The notes below the pieces were generated by a model. It saw only the letters and a program-made list of their open reading frames with translations, was not told where the DNA came from and ran no database searches. Source: an uncultured Pseudomonadota bacterium (lineage in GTDB: Bacteria; Oederibacteriota; Muellerivitia; Muellerivitales; Muellerivitaceae). From it: a stretch of 64,000 nucleotides of DNA. Numbering within the stretch: position 1 is the first letter of the stretch; every line of letters begins with the position of its first letter. Of this stretch, positions 8,810 through 19,176 are shown piece by piece. The stretch is from NCBI GenBank assembly GCA_963843375.1, contig CAWJKT010000006.1, positions 64,001-128,000 of the forward strand. The letters run 5' to 3'. Position numbers and translations under genes: made by a program.

Positions 8810-11497
8810 TTATTTTTCATCCAAAATTTTGCGGATTTCACCTGCCAGATCCTCCAACTCAAAGGGTTTCTGGATGAGGTGGATGCCCGCGTTCAGGACA
8901 CCCTGCTGGGACAATACTTCACGCGGATATCCCGAGACAAAGAGAACTTTCAACTTGGGTCGGGATTTCTGCAATTCATCGGCCAATTCCTTTCCATTCA
9001 TCTTGGGCATGATAGTGTCCGTCAATAAGAGGTGTATCGTATCCTGATAATCCCAGGCCTTTTGAACGGCTTGCAATCCGTTGGCCGCCTCTAAAACCCG
9101 ATAACCGTACTTCTCCAGGGTTCTTACCAAAACTTTCCTTACCGGTTCCTCATCCTCGGCCAAAAGCACCGTTTCGTTTCCTCGTGGAATCAGGGCGATT
9201 TGCTTGGGCTTGGTCTCATAACCTTCCAATGAAACCATCGCCGGGAAATAAAGAGTGAAGGTCGTTCCCATTCCCGGCGTCGAATGAACGAAGATTTGGC
9301 CGTTCCATTTGGCGACCAAACCGTAAACTGTAGCGAGTCCCAGCCCCGTCCCCTTCCCCCCCTTGGTGGTAAAGAAAGGCTCGAAGATGTGTTTTTGAAC
9401 TTCCGGTGTCATACCCGTGCCCGTATCCGTCACCGAAAGGCGGATAAAGGAACCTTCCCGCAGGGTCGTTTTCTCAGCCCTTTCAACTTGGTGGCCCTCC
9501 ACGTTCTTGGTTTCGAGAATGAGATTTCCGCCTTTCGGCATGGCGTCCCGGGCGTTCAATGCCAAATTTAAGATGATCTGTTGCATTTGACCCGGGTCGG
9601 CGAGGACAGGTTTCAAATCCTTGTCCTGGATGATGGATAGATCAACGGTAGCGTCGATCAAACGCTTCAGCATCTTTCTCATTTCGTCGGAAATTTCGTT
9701 GAGATTCACCGGTTGAGGCCGAGAGACCTGCTTTTGACCGAACACCAACAGCTGTTTGGTCAGTTCCGCCCCGCGCCGAACGGCATTCTGGATTTCGCCC
9801 AGTTCTTCTCTCTGGGAACTGTCCTTTTCAAGGCTCGAAAGCAGGAACTCGGCGTTTCCTCCGATGACGGAGAGGAGATTGTTAAAATCATGCGCCACTC
9901 CTCCGGCGAGGCGGCCGATGGCGTTCATTTTTTCGACCCGACGCAGCTGTTCCTCGTGCTGGCGTAAGGATTCCTCCGCCATTTTCCTCTCGGTAATGTC
10001 CCGCATGATGGAGGAGACACCCACGATTTTCCCTCTCGAATCTTTAACCGGGGAAAGGGTGATGGAGACATCGATGAGTTCGCCGCTTTTTTTCACACGA
10101 ACCGTCTCGAAATTCGATATGCTTTCGTCGGCCAGGGCGATATCCAGCATTTCCTTCGCTTCGTGCTTGCGATCCTCGGGGGCGAGCAGGTCCTTGGGTT
10201 GCCCCGCGATCTCCGCCAATTTGTATCCAAACAGGGCTTCCGCCCCGCGGTTCCAGCTGAAAATCAGCCCGTCGATGTCGGTTCCGATGACGGCATCCGG
10301 GGTCTGTTGCAGTATCGCCGCCAATTGACCCTGAACCTCCGCCGCCTTGTGACGCTCGGTCACCTCAATCGCCATCGAGATCAAACCGGAAAAATTGCCT
10401 TCCGAATCATGCATCGGGGTGCGAAACCACTCGCAGAGGATGGCCTTTCCATCTTTGCGGATGTTTTCGCGGATCTTTCCCTGCACCGAACCTCCCGAGT
10501 CGGCCACTTCCCTTAATAATTTTTCATGGTCAGACATGTCTTCTTTTCTAACGAGGATCCCTTTGGCGCCCTCGACTTCCTTGAAGGAATAACCAAACAT
10601 TTTCTCCGCCGCCGGGTTCCAATAAGTGTAATGAAAGTTCGGATCGCTTAGGATACAGGCGATCGGCATGCTATCCATCTGGAGTTGGAGTTGCTCCAAA
10701 AGCTGGTCCCTTTCCGCCTCCAGCATTTCCTTGACGACTCTGGCTTTTTCGTTTTCGGTGATGTCCCGGGCGATGATGGAGGCGCCAGCCACCTGGCCCG
10801 AATGGCTCCGGATGGGAGAAAGAGTCAGGGAAAGAAGGGCTTCGTTTCCGTTTTTAATCTGATGGATGGCGATAAAATTGGAAACAGGGACCCCCTCCCG
10901 GACCACGTCCAGCAACCTCGTGAACTCAACCCTACGGCCGGGCGGAATGATGAGGGATATATCCCTCCCTCCGATTTCCTCGGGCTCAAACCCGTAAATT
11001 CTTTTGGCGCCCGGATTCCAACTGAGGATGACGCCCTCCAAAGTCACGGAGTAGATCGCGTCATTGGAGGATTCCACAATGGTCGCCAGGCGAAACCGGT
11101 ATTCATCGGCTTTCTTCCGCTCCAGGGCGTAACGAATGGATCGATCCAACATACTGCCGTCGATTTTATTTTTGTGGAGGAAATCGGACGCGCCCAATTG
11201 CATGGCTTCCACATCCACCTCGTAATCCCCCTGTCCGGTGAGGAATATGATGGGGATGTTGTAGCCTTTCTGGACGACTTCCCTCAGAAAATCCAGGCCG
11301 TTGCGGCCCTCCAAGCGGTAATCCAGGAGGCAGACATCATGATGGTTGTGGCCGAGTCTTTCGAGCGCCTCCTGGCAGGTGGAAACCCGGTCCATTTCGA
11401 AATGACGCTGTTTGATCTCTGAAAGCATTTTTTGAAGGATCAGAAAATCATCGCTGTCGTCTTCCACGATCAACAGTCGAACAGGCCTTCCGATCAT
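8810..11497 (-). CDS. Hybrid sensor kinase REC-PAS x3-HisKA-HATPase-REC
   Basis: AGGVAHDFNNLL H-box, NLALNARDAM, DTGTGM, FEPFFTTK, GTGLGL, receivers at both ends. Confidence 0.95.
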   Translation of the reverse strand: MIGRPVRLLIVEDDSDDFLILQKMLSEIKQRHFEMDRVSTCQEALERLGHNHHDVCLLDYRLEGRNGLDFLREVVQKGYNIPIIFLTGQGDYEVDVEAMQLGASDFLHKNKIDGSMLDRSIRYALERKKADEYRFRLATIVESSNDAIYSVTLEGVILSWNPGAKRIYGFEPEEIGGRDISLIIPPGRRVEFTRLLDVVREGVPVSNFIAIHQIKNGNEALLSLTLSPIRSHSGQVAGASIIARDITENEKARVVKEMLEAERDQLLEQLQLQMDSMPIACILSDPNFHYTYWNPAAEKMFGYSFKEVEGAKGILVRKEDMSDHEKLLREVADSGGSVQGKIRENIRKDGKAILCEWFRTPMHDSEGNFSGLISMAIEVTERHKAAEVQGQLAAILQQTPDAVIGTDIDGLIFSWNRGAEALFGYKLAEIAGQPKDLLAPEDRKHEAKEMLDIALADESISNFETVRVKKSGELIDVSITLSPVKDSRGKIVGVSSIMRDITERKMAEESLRQHEEQLRRVEKMNAIGRLAGGVAHDFNNLLSVIGGNAEFLLSSLEKDSSQREELGEIQNAVRRGAELTKQLLVFGQKQVSRPQPVNLNEISDEMRKMLKRLIDATVDLSIIQDKDLKPVLADPGQMQQIILNLALNARDAMPKGGNLILETKNVEGHQVERAEKTTLREGSFIRLSVTDTGTGMTPEVQKHIFEPFFTTKGGKGTGLGLATVYGLVAKWNGQIFVHSTPGMGTTFTLYFPAMVSLEGYETKPKQIALIPRGNETVLLAEDEEPVRKVLVRTLEKYGYRVLEAANGLQAVQKAWDYQDTIHLLLTDTIMPKMNGKELADELQKSRPKLKVLFVSGYPREVLSQQGVLNAGIHLIQKPFELEDLAGEIRKILDEK

Positions 11498-11961
11498 GGC
11501 GCCGCATTTCCGTTATTGGTGGGCAATTCAACGATTTCCAGCCAATAATTCTTCAAGGATTCCATCGTGGACACCAACCCGTCAAAAGTGACCGGCTTGG
11601 TGATAAAAGAATTGGCCCCCAAATTGTAGCTGCGCAGGATATCTTCCTCCGCGCTAGAAGTGCTCAGGACCACCACAGGAATTTTTTTTAGTTCCGGATC
11701 AGCCTTTAGAAAAAGAAGCGCCTTGCGCCCGTCCATTCGGGGCATATTCAAATCCAAAAGAACGAAACAGGGACGGGGAGATGCGCCCGGGTCCGAAAAT
11801 TTTCCCTTTCGCTTGATGTAATCCAATAATTCCTCTCCATCCGAGAGAAACTGGATGGGGTTAATAACTCGGTTTTTCCGCAGGGCCTTCTCGGTCATCA
11901 TGCGGTCGTCCTCATCATCATCCACCATCAAAATCGGCAGAATGCCTTTGTCCTTAACCAT
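11494..11961 (-). CDS. Single-domain response regulator (Rcp1-like)
   Basis: VDDDEDD, LLDLNMPRMDG, IPVVVLSTS, YNLGANSFITKP, YW tail; 4-bp overlap with the next gene. Confidence 0.92.
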   Translation of the reverse strand: MVKDKGILPILMVDDDEDDRMMTEKALRKNRVINPIQFLSDGEELLDYIKRKGKFSDPGASPRPCFVLLDLNMPRMDGRKALLFLKADPELKKIPVVVLSTSSAEEDILRSYNLGANSFITKPVTFDGLVSTMESLKNYWLEIVELPTNNGNAAP

Positions 11962-11976
11962 TCTTCCTCCTCCTTA

Positions 11977-14176
11977 TCATTTTTGCCGAAACGGTAACTC
12001 AATGGTGAAAGTGCTGCCCATTGCCAGGCTTACCCTCAGCCTTGATCGTTCCGCCATGCCTTTCCACGACTTTGCGGCAAATCGCCAGGCCTATTCCGGT
12101 CCCTTCATACTCGTCCCTGCCATGAAGCCTTTCGAAAACTTTGAAGATTTGTTCACCATATTTATTATCGAACCCGATGCCGTTGTCCTCCACCGTGATC
12201 CGGACCCGGGACTCCCGGGAAGCACCGCCCTTTTGCGGCGCGGAAGCGCTGATTTTAATCTCGGGAGATAGCCCGGGCTTCTGGAACTTGAGCGCGTTGG
12301 CGATGAGGTTCTGGAATAACTGCCGCATCTGGGTAGCATCGGCCTCCAGATTGGGAAGGGGGCCCACTTCCACCTTGGCTTTTTTCTCCTGAATGCTTGT
12401 TTCCAAATCCGAAAGGACCCCTTGAATAATCTCGTTAAGGTTTACTTGAACAAAGGGCTGGGCCTTGGTGGTGACCCGGGTAAGGGCCAAAAGGTCGTTG
12501 ATAAGGGTTTGCATCCGGTTGGCGGCGTTTCGCATTCGTTCAACATAATCCCTGCCCGTCTCCCCCAGGATATCCTTAAAATCATTCCGAAGAAATTCCC
12601 CGAAAGCCTGAATTTTCCGTAAGGGTTCTTGCAAGTCGTGGGAGGCTACGAAAACAAAATCCTGCAGTTCCCGGTTGCTGGTTTCCAGAGCCTGGGTGTA
12701 AATCTTCATTTTTTCCTGTTGTTTTTCCTCGGTGATGTCCTCCGATATTCCCAACAGATATTTGGGCTCCCCATCCGCGCCGAGGATCGGAATCTTCTTT
12801 GTGTGAAGGGTTCTTAGCCCCTTTTCGCGCGTGGGGAGCGATTCCTCGGGAATGTCCATGAGTTTTCCCTCCCCAAGGACTTTGCGGTCCTTGGAGGTGA
12901 AAAAATCCGCTTCTTCCTTGGAGAAGAAATCATAGTCGTTCTTGCCGATGAGATCGCCCTTCGGGATTCCCATCAACTCTTCCCCCGCTTTGTTGAACAT
13001 AACGAAGCGCAAGTCCTTGGCGTCCTTCACGAAAATCATGTTCGGGACGTTCTCCAAGACAGAAGTGACGAAACTTTGGGAACGAGTGGTCGCTTCCAGC
13101 TGCTTGCGGTCCGAAATGTCCCGCATAAAGGCGATCAACCGGGTCTTCCCCGCCAGGACAGTCTTCTGCAGGCTCACTTCAATCCAGTAGGTATGTCCAT
13201 CTTTATGAAGGGCCTGCCACTCAAAAAGTTGCGGTCCTTCGGTGAGAGCCTTTTGAGCCAAACGCCCGTAATCAGCCGAGGTAGAGCCGGGCTCCTGCGA
13301 GAAAAGTTTGTCGACAGGCATTTTCTTGTACTCCTCCAGGGTGAAACCGGTCATTTTCACAAGACTGCTGTTCATGTCCACGATAGGGTTCCCGGAGGTT
13401 TCGGGATCTGTAATAATGATGCCGTCGTTGGCTTTATCGAATATTTCACGGTAGTTAGCCTCGGAAGCTTTTAAAGCCTGGTCTTGCGCGAGGATTTCGG
13501 CGAGCATCTTGTTGAAAGCATCCGTCAGCGTCCCTAATTCATCTTCGCCAAATTTTTTGGCCCGGACAGAAAAATTCCGGTGGTTGGAAATCTCCTGCGC
13601 GGTTTCCGCCAAAGCCAGGATGGGCATGGAAATTTGCTTTTGCAGCATTCGCGAAAGCAGGTAAGCCAGCAAAATGGATCCGGCGATAATGGCCGCCGCG
13701 AGCCAGGCGTAGGCGCGGTAGCGGTCGGTCAAAGAAGACAAATCCGCTTGGAGATAAATCGTTCCCAGCCTCCGGTCCCCTAGACCCACGGGGAAAAAAA
13801 TATCAAGGTGCCCGTCACGGAAACCCGAAGTGCCAATGACGTCTGGAAAAAGGCCCTTGGGCGCATCGGCCGGATATTTCACAAAAATCTTCTGCTTCTC
13901 GTCATAAACGCAAGCCGCCGTTATCCGCTTGTCCGTTTTGAGCGCGCCAAGTACTTCGGCGGCATCGGCCTCGTTTTGGAAAGCCAGCGACGCCGTGGAG
14001 TTGGCGGCGATAATTTCAGCGCGAGTGGAATAGGATTGGATCATGTTCCGGTGCAGGGTGATGAATTCGTAAGTGATAAAAGACGCGCAGGTCAGCAGCA
14101 AAACCGCGCCGCTGGTCAGCAGCAGGGCGGTCATCAGTTTTTGTCGGATGGGCAGGTTTTCGAACAACAAGGTCAA
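11977..14176 (-). CDS. Membrane sensor histidine kinase (CHASE8-like periplasmic domain-HAMP-PAS-PAS-HisKA-HATPase); +1 frameshift near 12018
   Basis: Two TM segments, HAMP (DELGTLTDAFN), ASHDLQEPLR; removing one G restores the expected end GNGSTFTIELPFRQK-stop at 11977. Confidence 0.92.
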
Positions 14177-14751
14177 TCCTTTCCCGGTTCAACAATTTCG
14201 GCAAGCCGCAACACTTTGGAGCTGATGGTGAGGTTGGCGCGTCTCGCGGCTTCCAGGTTTATCCTGAAATGAATTTTATTTTCTTCCGTGACAAAACGGA
14301 CGACACCGCCATTTTTGACGAAACCTTCGCTGTCGCCGACCGTGAGAATATTTCTGCCTTTCAAATCAGCGAGAATATTTTCCATCCGTTCGCTTTCGGA
14401 CCGGCTGATAAACAAAATCTGGCAATCCTTGACGGCGTCGACGCTTTCATATCGCTGAATGACCAACGGGTGGCCGTCCACTTTTTCACCGCGCACGGTT
14501 TCATCCAGAAAATCATCGAAAGGGTCGTTGCCTAGGACGCCGATGCGAAAGGGCTCATCGGCGTTGGTAAAGGCCGAGGGCGGCCATTGGATGAATTGCG
14601 AGAAGTTGAAGAGGAAGAGAGCCTTAATTTGATATTCCCTGGGAATCTCCATTTTCGCGGACACAAGGGTTCCGCCCGTTGAGAACAGGACCAACAGGAT
14701 CAATCCAAGGCGGATTACCCTGCGACGATTGGAGGAAATCAAAACTGGCAC
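14173..14751 (-). CDS. YfiR family periplasmic protein (DUF4154)
   Basis: EYQIKALFLFNFSQFIQWP, CQILFIS, ILTVGD, FRINLEAARRANLTISSKVLRLA. Confidence 0.9.
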   Translation of the reverse strand: MPVLISSNRRRVIRLGLILLVLFSTGGTLVSAKMEIPREYQIKALFLFNFSQFIQWPPSAFTNADEPFRIGVLGNDPFDDFLDETVRGEKVDGHPLVIQRYESVDAVKDCQILFISRSESERMENILADLKGRNILTVGDSEGFVKNGGVVRFVTEENKIHFRINLEAARRANLTISSKVLRLAEIVEPGKD

Positions 14752-16991
14752 GAGATCTTCCCGTAGACGCTTCGCGGGATTTCTTCCTGCATGGAGCCCG
14801 GATAACCGTATTCGACGTGGTAAGGGTGCAGGAGGTTCTGCCCGACAAGGGAAATCTCAATGTTTTTGAGAGCCTGCCAGCCAAGGCGGGCATCCATTTC
14901 GGCGTAAGCCGGAACCGTTCCAAGCGCGGGTCCGTCCGTGGGCGATTGGACCAGTTGGATGGAATCAATCCAACGTCCATCCAAGTCCAGTTGCACGTTT
15001 TGGGGCAAGTCCATCGAAGAACGGAGGAATACCTGGTTTTGGGGATCCGCCGTTTGGCCCAACCCGTCATCCATATCCACTTGCCCCGGCTTGACCCAAA
15101 TGTCTTCATGCAAGTAGTCGTAACCGCCGTGCAGCCGCCACCAATCCATGATTTGATAATCCGTGGTGAATTCGACCCCGTAGGTCTGCCCTTCGAGGTT
15201 GTTCTGGAAAAAATAGGGCGCCGGTGCGGTCAGGTTGAGATTGTACCCATAATAGTAGTCCGGAGGGGTGGGGCTGGTGCTCTGTAAATTGTCATAATTG
15301 TTGAAAAAAAGCGAGAGGGAACTGGAGACTTTCGGGTTCAATTGGGCGCGATAGCCTAGTTCGTAGGCGATTACGGTTTCGGAAATGAAATCTGAACTTC
15401 CTTCCAGGTAGTTTGGCGAAAAATAGAATGGAGTTGGCGGCGAATAGGTAATGTGGGAGGGGACGACCAAATCCGTGTCATAACGCGATGGCGTCCTCAC
15501 TGCCCTCGAAACCGCGGCCCAAAGCATTTGCTGGTCCGTGATGTCCCATTTCAGGCGGCCACTGGGTTCGAATTCATAACCCGTATAATCGTTATGCTCA
15601 ATTTTGCTTCCTGCCGTGAGGTAAACCCGTTCCCATATTTCGATTTCATCCTGGGCAAACCCGGTGAACAGGTTCCGGTCAAGAGCCGGTGGTTGGAACT
15701 GAACATCCGAAACGTCCTCATCGATCTCCCGGGTGAACCGATAGCCAAGACCCCACATGAATTTGTTATTTTCCTCAAGGCGAAACCGGTGTTGAAAATC
15801 CAAGTCGTAGGTATAGAGGTCATCGGTCAATGCGCCGGCGGGAAAGCCGCTGGTGAAACCCGGGATTGCGGAAATCGCGACGAATGGATCGGAAAGATAC
15901 TCCCGGTCGAAATAGGTTTGGAGGCTCATGTCCGAATCATCCGAAATGGTATGGGTCCAACGCCCCAACACGTTTTCACCGCTGAGGTCCTCTTCCCCGG
16001 CCGCCCCCACGCTTACGCCGCTGTCGTAAATGTCCCCTTGCAGCGTGAAATGGTCCTGGGAACCGGCTTCGTCATCCATGCGGAAACCGGCTTGGCCCCG
16101 GTTCCAGGAGTCCTGGGCGCTGCCCGTCCCATCGGAAAAATTGTCGGCGTCTTCATTGGAATACTTTGCGTAAAAACGGTAGTAAACGTCGGGCGATAAT
16201 GAGCCGCCATAGCGGGCCGCGATGAAATCCTGCAGTTGCGTTCCGCCTCCTGTTTCCACGTAAATCCCTTGGGTGTCTTTGGCATCCTTGCTGGTGATAT
16301 TGATGACACCGTTAACCGCATTGGCGCCCCACATCGTTCCACCCGGTCCGCTGATAACTTCGATCCGGTCAATGTCCTCCAGCAAGTAGTCTTGGGCTCC
16401 CCAAATCATCCCTCCATAAAGCGGTGTATAGAGAGTCCTTCCATCCATCAAGACGAGGAGTTTATCGCCCAGGTTGGCGTTAAAACCCCGCGCGCTGATG
16501 GCCCACTCGTCCGAACTGATCTGCGCCACTTCCAGGTTATCCGCCAGCCGCAGCGCCTCCGGAAGGTTGGAGGATCCCGAACGGCGGATTTCATCGTTGG
16601 TGATGACGTCAATCGCCGCCGGCGCCTGTCCGTAGGGTTCTGGTTGCTTGTTCACGGAGGTGACATCCAAATTCATCAATTGCTCCAAATTCAATTTTTT
16701 CAAGGCATTGGGAGATGAGACGGTTTCCGGTGATTGGACCAACGAATTCAAATCCGGCGCTGGAGGGGGGGAAATGTTTGTCCGCGGTGTTGGAGTTGGG
16801 GAATTTGTCTGCGGAGTTGAAACCGGAGACGGGCTTGGTTGCGTTTCGGCGAAGGAGTAACAGGTCCATTGAATTAGTACAACCATGACCATCGCAAATG
16901 GCCTCAATCGCAAGCATAGTCCCATGCCAGCGGATAACGATGAATGGAATTGGAAATAAGAGAGAGGTAATCGGTTCTTGGTAAAGGCCAT
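14739..16991 (-). CDS. TonB-dependent receptor (type associated with YfiR cassettes)
   Basis: LKKLNLEQLMNLDVTSV, plug motifs (ISARGF, LLVLMDGR, IDRIEVISGPGGTMWGANAVNGVINI), C-terminal F. Confidence 0.93.
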   Translation of the reverse strand: MAFTKNRLPLSYFQFHSSLSAGMGLCLRLRPFAMVMVVLIQWTCYSFAETQPSPSPVSTPQTNSPTPTPRTNISPPPAPDLNSLVQSPETVSSPNALKKLNLEQLMNLDVTSVNKQPEPYGQAPAAIDVITNDEIRRSGSSNLPEALRLADNLEVAQISSDEWAISARGFNANLGDKLLVLMDGRTLYTPLYGGMIWGAQDYLLEDIDRIEVISGPGGTMWGANAVNGVINITSKDAKDTQGIYVETGGGTQLQDFIAARYGGSLSPDVYYRFYAKYSNEDADNFSDGTGSAQDSWNRGQAGFRMDDEAGSQDHFTLQGDIYDSGVSVGAAGEEDLSGENVLGRWTHTISDDSDMSLQTYFDREYLSDPFVAISAIPGFTSGFPAGALTDDLYTYDLDFQHRFRLEENNKFMWGLGYRFTREIDEDVSDVQFQPPALDRNLFTGFAQDEIEIWERVYLTAGSKIEHNDYTGYEFEPSGRLKWDITDQQMLWAAVSRAVRTPSRYDTDLVVPSHITYSPPTPFYFSPNYLEGSSDFISETVIAYELGYRAQLNPKVSSSLSLFFNNYDNLQSTSPTPPDYYYGYNLNLTAPAPYFFQNNLEGQTYGVEFTTDYQIMDWWRLHGGYDYLHEDIWVKPGQVDMDDGLGQTADPQNQVFLRSSMDLPQNVQLDLDGRWIDSIQLVQSPTDGPALGTVPAYAEMDARLGWQALKNIEISLVGQNLLHPYHVEYGYPGSMQEEIPRSVYGKISCQF

Positions 16992-17240
16992 TCAAAATCC
17001 TTTCGGATTCGTTTCAAGGCCGGGTCACCGTGTAAGAAACGAGTAGGGTTTAGACGTGAAATAGTTTATCACTGGTCGTTAAAACCACATTTATTTTCAC
17101 GATTGAAATAATATTTTTAAGTCAAAGTGGTCAGAAATAGTGCGAATTTTTTAATTTTTTCAGGATTTGCTCGCAATTAAGCGGAAAAATGATTTCGATT
17201 GAAAAACTGATGGGCCTAAAAGCCCTTTCGCCATGGGTTT

Positions 17241-17645
17241 TTAGGCCAGGGAGGAAACCAGTGAAATCGCTTTTAATAGATCCTCTGAAGCAAAGGGCTT
17301 GTTTAATTTTGGATTTGGGATTTTGTTAAGTGTATCGGCCATTTCCCCCGAAAATATCCCGCCGGTGATAAATATAATCTTACCCGCTAAATCAGGGCGC
17401 CGGTTTTGGACTATTTTATAAAACTCAATCCCGTTGAGTCCGGGCATGTTAATGTCGGTGATGATCAGATCCACCTTTGTTAGGCCTTGGTCGATTAATT
17501 CCAACGCCTCGACCGCAGATGAAACCGCCAATGTAAAATAGCCATTTTTGCGCAGAATTCTTTTATATAAATCAAGGACCGAGAGATCATCATCCACTAA
17601 AAATATTTTCAAGTCTCGAGATTCGTTTTTGGAGGGATTTTCCAT
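17241..17645 (-). CDS. Single-domain response regulator (receiver)
   Basis: FLVDDD, DLIITDINMPGLNG, FITG, KPF. Confidence 0.9.
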   Translation of the reverse strand: MENPSKNESRDLKIFLVDDDLSVLDLYKRILRKNGYFTLAVSSAVEALELIDQGLTKVDLIITDINMPGLNGIEFYKIVQNRRPDLAGKIIFITGGIFSGEMADTLNKIPNPKLNKPFASEDLLKAISLVSSLA

Positions 17646-17959
17646 TTTTCGTCACACCATTTCCGTTTTTGGAACTGGTTCAATATTAGACCAAAATCAC
17701 AGCCAATACGAACATTCCCAATCGCTCTTGAATATTTCCCTGCAAAAATACTCTCTTGTCCCAGCTACAATCCTATCCTGAAAATCGGCCCAACCATCGA
17801 CGACCCTAACACCCAAGAATCTAAATAAGGCCGACTTCATGGTTGAAGCAATCCAATAGCGAAGCCTTGATCGTTGCGTTGAGCGCAACTGAACGCCGGT
17901 CTTCAGGCTACAGGTTTTAGCGGATAAATGGAACCAATTAATAATGTTTGCGGCATCAA

Positions 17960-18940
17960 CTAACGGTTCACCGCGCTCATATCGGGATACCTTTGGCCTG
18001 CCGCCGCACCCCTGGGAAAAGTCTCATCCAAACGCCTCAAATCGTCGGCCGTCAGTTTTATTTCCACGGCATTGGCATTTTCTTCAAGCCGTGAAATCTT
18101 TCGAGTACCCGGTATAGGCACAATATCCTCTCCCTGGGCCATTACCCAGGCCAGCGCCAGTTGAGCCGGAGTTATTTTCTTTTCCAATGCCAGCTTCTTG
18201 ACGAACTCCACCAAAGGAAGGTTTTTCCCGAAATTCTCCTCGTGAAACCTCGGATTCTTCCGGCGCCAATCGTTTTCGGTCAGGTCGTCCAGCTTTTGGA
18301 AAACTCCAGTCAGGAATCCCCTGCCCAATGGGCTGTAAGCCACAAAACCAATCCCCAATTCACGAATTGTTTTTAACAGCTCATCTTCCGGATCCCGGCT
18401 CCAAAGGGAATATTCAGTCTGGAGGGCGGAAATAGGATGCATGGCGTGAGCCCGGCGGATGGTTTGGGGCCCTGCTTCGGACAAGCCCAGGTAACGCACC
18501 TTTCCCTGTTGAATCAACTTCGCCATGGCCCCGACGGTGTCTTCGATGGGAACGGTGTTATCCACCCGGTGCTGGTAATAAAGGTCGATCACATCGATTT
18601 TGAGACGCTTCAAGGAGGCGTCACAACACAACTGAACATATTCAGGTTTGCCGCTGACTCCCAGGAACTTTCCATCCGGGGACCTTTGATTCCCGAATTT
18701 GGTGGCGATGACGATCCGGGACCGTCTGCCTTGTAGGAATCGGCCCAACAGCTCCTCATTGGTAAAGGGCCCGTACATATCCGCCGTATCGAAAAAATCG
18801 ATTCCCAAGTCCAAGGCTTTTATCAGGGTTTCCGACGATTCCTGGTCGTCTCGAGGGCCGTAAAAATCGGACATTCCCATGCATCCCAATCCCAAACGCG
18901 AAACCTTCAGACCCTGCCGTCCCAACGGAATCTTTCTCAT
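17960..18940 (-). CDS. Aldo/keto reductase
   Basis: [43 protein letters not shown]. Confidence 0.95.
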   Translation of the reverse strand: MRKIPLGRQGLKVSRLGLGCMGMSDFYGPRDDQESSETLIKALDLGIDFFDTADMYGPFTNEELLGRFLQGRRSRIVIATKFGNQRSPDGKFLGVSGKPEYVQLCCDASLKRLKIDVIDLYYQHRVDNTVPIEDTVGAMAKLIQQGKVRYLGLSEAGPQTIRRAHAMHPISALQTEYSLWSRDPEDELLKTIRELGIGFVAYSPLGRGFLTGVFQKLDDLTENDWRRKNPRFHEENFGKNLPLVEFVKKLALEKKITPAQLALAWVMAQGEDIVPIPGTRKISRLEENANAVEIKLTADDLRRLDETFPRGAAAGQRYPDMSAVNR

Positions 18941-19176
18941 CAGGATACCCCTTTAATTTTGATGAATGGATTTCATCTTAATTACACCCCTTTTGGCATT
19001 GCAATAGCCCGAAAGAGGTGGAATTGGGTCCAGGACCACCAAAAGGCGGGCGATTTTTAGTCAGTTTCCAGGAATCATGGCGTTATGGATAATCGTCCTG
19101 TTCAAAAAGTGAAAATTGGAGTATCCCTCTATCACGAGGATGAATACTATTTTGAAAGCATATAGGCTGGTTAACC

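Noticed and set aside
16992..17240. Riboswitch or Fur box upstream of the TonB receptor
   Set aside because: No cobalamin, TPP or c-di-GMP consensus or convincing Fur palindrome seen by eye; an Rfam scan would be needed.
17697..17888. 63-aa minus-strand ORF
   Set aside because: No recognisable motif or clear RBS; cannot be supported.
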